NCBI GenBank assembly: GCA_963674865.2 | Contig: CAXXYE010000004.1 | Span: 256,001 to 320,000 of the forward strand | Reading direction: 5' to 3' | Source: Candidatus Hydrogenedentota bacterium | GTDB lineage: Bacteria > Hydrogenedentota > Hydrogenedentia > Hydrogenedentales > SLHB01 | DNA length: 64,000 bases | In this document: positions 62,463-64,000 of the stretch, one piece after another | Layout: every line of letters starts with the position of its first letter | Position numbering within the stretch: the first letter of the stretch is position 1 | Translations under genes and position numbers: made by a program | Notes under the pieces: generated by a model | Seen by the model: the letters and a program-made list of their open reading frames with translations, nothing else | What the model was told of the DNA's origin: nothing | The model's database searches: none

Positions 62463-63848
62463 CTACCATGCCAGTCTTGTCAGTAGGGCGCCACCCGGAG
62501 GAAGGCGTAACTCGACGGTGTTGGAATCTGTAGCGGCCCAGTTCTCAGCGGACGCATCGAAGATTTCAAGTTGGCCGGGGCCAATGAGGGATCGCGGAGT
62601 GGATGCCAGAAACTCTTCACGCCTGGGATGGCCCGCGCCGGCGTATGTGCGGTAGCCGAGATTGACGACGAGCGCATGGGTGGGAGAGTGCTCCTTCCCG
62701 AAATAGCCAATGATATACCCTTCGACGGGATTGCCCGGTGAGCATTCCTTCGCCGGCACTGGAGGCTCAAACCTGAAGGGCGCATCGGCAGGAAGTTGCC
62801 TTGTGCCCGCAGGCAGCATACCGGCATGGTACACCGCAATCGACTTCAGCGATTTCAATTCTCCAGCGATAGCCACGAACTCCTTGTTCACCTCTTTCAC
62901 GAAGTAATAGAGGGGTGTGGGCGAACCATCAACGAGGTACATCATCGCGCCGTCATGCTCGGGATAGCCGTACACGTAGTACGAGATGCCCTGCGATCCG
63001 TAGGCGAGCGTTGTGTTCGCTAGCCATCGCACCTCCTCACCTGTGGGTATGCGCATTTTCACTGTCCAACTGCAGGCCTGCACAATCACCATGAACGGGA
63101 TTCCGGCTTCGAGCGAGGCGTCCCTGATCTGCGCCAGGTTGAGGAAATACTTGTCACCGTCGCCCTTAACGGCGAAATGGTAGTGGTCATAGCTTAGAAG
63201 TTGCGGCTTGAACACCTCGACAAACCTGTGGACATACTCCGCGTAGGCCTTCAGATAGACGGGGTCGCCTTCGGTACCAAGCTGCTTTGCGGAGGCGTAA
63301 TTCGGGAGAAGGTTCACGTACTTGAGACGCGAGGGATCTTTTTCATCCAAGTACGCCTTCAGTCGGGCAAGAGCCTGAAATGTGGCAGCATTCGGTTCGT
63401 CTTTGAAGTGATAGGCATACACGGCGGGATGGTGTCGCACCCCTTCGACGAAGGCGTCCAGTTTGGCCTTCTCCTCGGGTATGTCCAGCGTTGCCGGATT
63501 GAGCAGAGGGCTGCTGACGATGGCCCGCAAACCGTGGCGCTGGAGGATGTCGAGTTGGCGGCGATAGTGCTCGATATCGTCAGGAGCCGCGCCTTGCCCC
63601 GTGCACCAGGCAAGGTTCCAGTTGCCCTCGGCCATCTGCGTGGCGACAGCTTCCGTCATCGGCGTGGGACCTGCCCAGTAGCTTACGATGGGCGCGCCCA
63701 TCTTCCATTGCGGAGATTGCATCATCGGTTCTCTCCCAGCCGCCGGAGCTTGGACAACACTCCGGCAGGCAGTAGCCGACAGCACCAATGCGACGGCAAG
63801 GCCTGCCATTGCCACGGCGGCAACGCGTCTTTGCTGAGCGACATTCAC
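62463..63848 (-). CDS. Putative lipoprotein with glycoside-hydrolase-like TIM barrel
   Basis: Signal ending LSATAC; HPAVYAYHFKDEP, LSYDHY, LAYGSQGISYY pattern typical of clan-A-like barrels. Confidence 0.6.
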   Translation of the reverse strand: MNVAQQRRVAAVAMAGLAVALVLSATACRSVVQAPAAGREPMMQSPQWKMGAPIVSYWAGPTPMTEAVATQMAEGNWNLAWCTGQGAAPDDIEHYRRQLDILQRHGLRAIVSSPLLNPATLDIPEEKAKLDAFVEGVRHHPAVYAYHFKDEPNAATFQALARLKAYLDEKDPSRLKYVNLLPNYASAKQLGTEGDPVYLKAYAEYVHRFVEVFKPQLLSYDHYHFAVKGDGDKYFLNLAQIRDASLEAGIPFMVIVQACSWTVKMRIPTGEEVRWLANTTLAYGSQGISYYVYGYPEHDGAMMYLVDGSPTPLYYFVKEVNKEFVAIAGELKSLKSIAVYHAGMLPAGTRQLPADAPFRFEPPVPAKECSPGNPVEGYIIGYFGKEHSPTHALVVNLGYRTYAGAGHPRREEFLASTPRSLIGPGQLEIFDASAENWAATDSNTVELRLPPGGALLTRLAW

Positions 63849-64000
63849 TTTTGGCTCCCCGTTGAAGACGAAGAGGTGTCGGCATAGGCCCGCGCTATGT
63901 GGGACAAGCCCAAGACCTTGACTGGGACCTTGCTTCCGGCATCACTTCGACTCAAACGCTACTTTCAGGCCAATCCCGGGCCAATTCACCTCGATTCCGT

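Noticed and set aside
1..64000. CRISPR array, prophage or rRNA
   Set aside because: No regularly spaced direct repeats, cas genes, phage structural genes or rRNA-like sequence were noticed.

Overview
GC-rich bacterial genomic window from a diderm, probably anaerobic or fermentative, glycan-degrading organism. The gene content is reminiscent of Hydrogenedentota/PVC-type genomes, but that placement is an impression I cannot verify. Left part: partial HDOD gene, metallophosphoesterase-hisB-hisH-usp operon, a Tat-exported sulfatase, a compact tnpA-only IS200/IS605 element, a DUF2723/TPR membrane protein, a TPR protein and tRNA-Arg(UCU). Then a run of CAZyme-like genes (10.2-22.9 kb). The centrepiece (23.5-40.2 kb, all minus strand) is a heavily regulated [FeFe]-hydrogenase locus. 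A PAS kinase and a sigma54 activator sit upstream of a correctly spaced -24/-12 promoter with an inverted-repeat candidate enhancer. The operon runs: DRTGG, an RsbT-like kinase fused to a degenerate H-cluster domain, DRTGG, PHP, a HATPase in frame with hydC, hydD, a HydB whose C-terminal ferredoxin domain is replaced by a GltD/NfnB-like NADPH module, hydA, a sensory hydrogenase fused to a histidine kinase, a receiver protein and a REC-PAS-kinase. Right part: a second (cytoplasmic) sulfatase, more putative glycosidases, an alpha-2-macroglobulin/pbpC pair with a candidate ECF promoter, a secreted beta-helix protein, an orphan mini-MotA, a creatininase-like protein and a lipoprotein. All assignments come from motifs read by eye; no searches were run.
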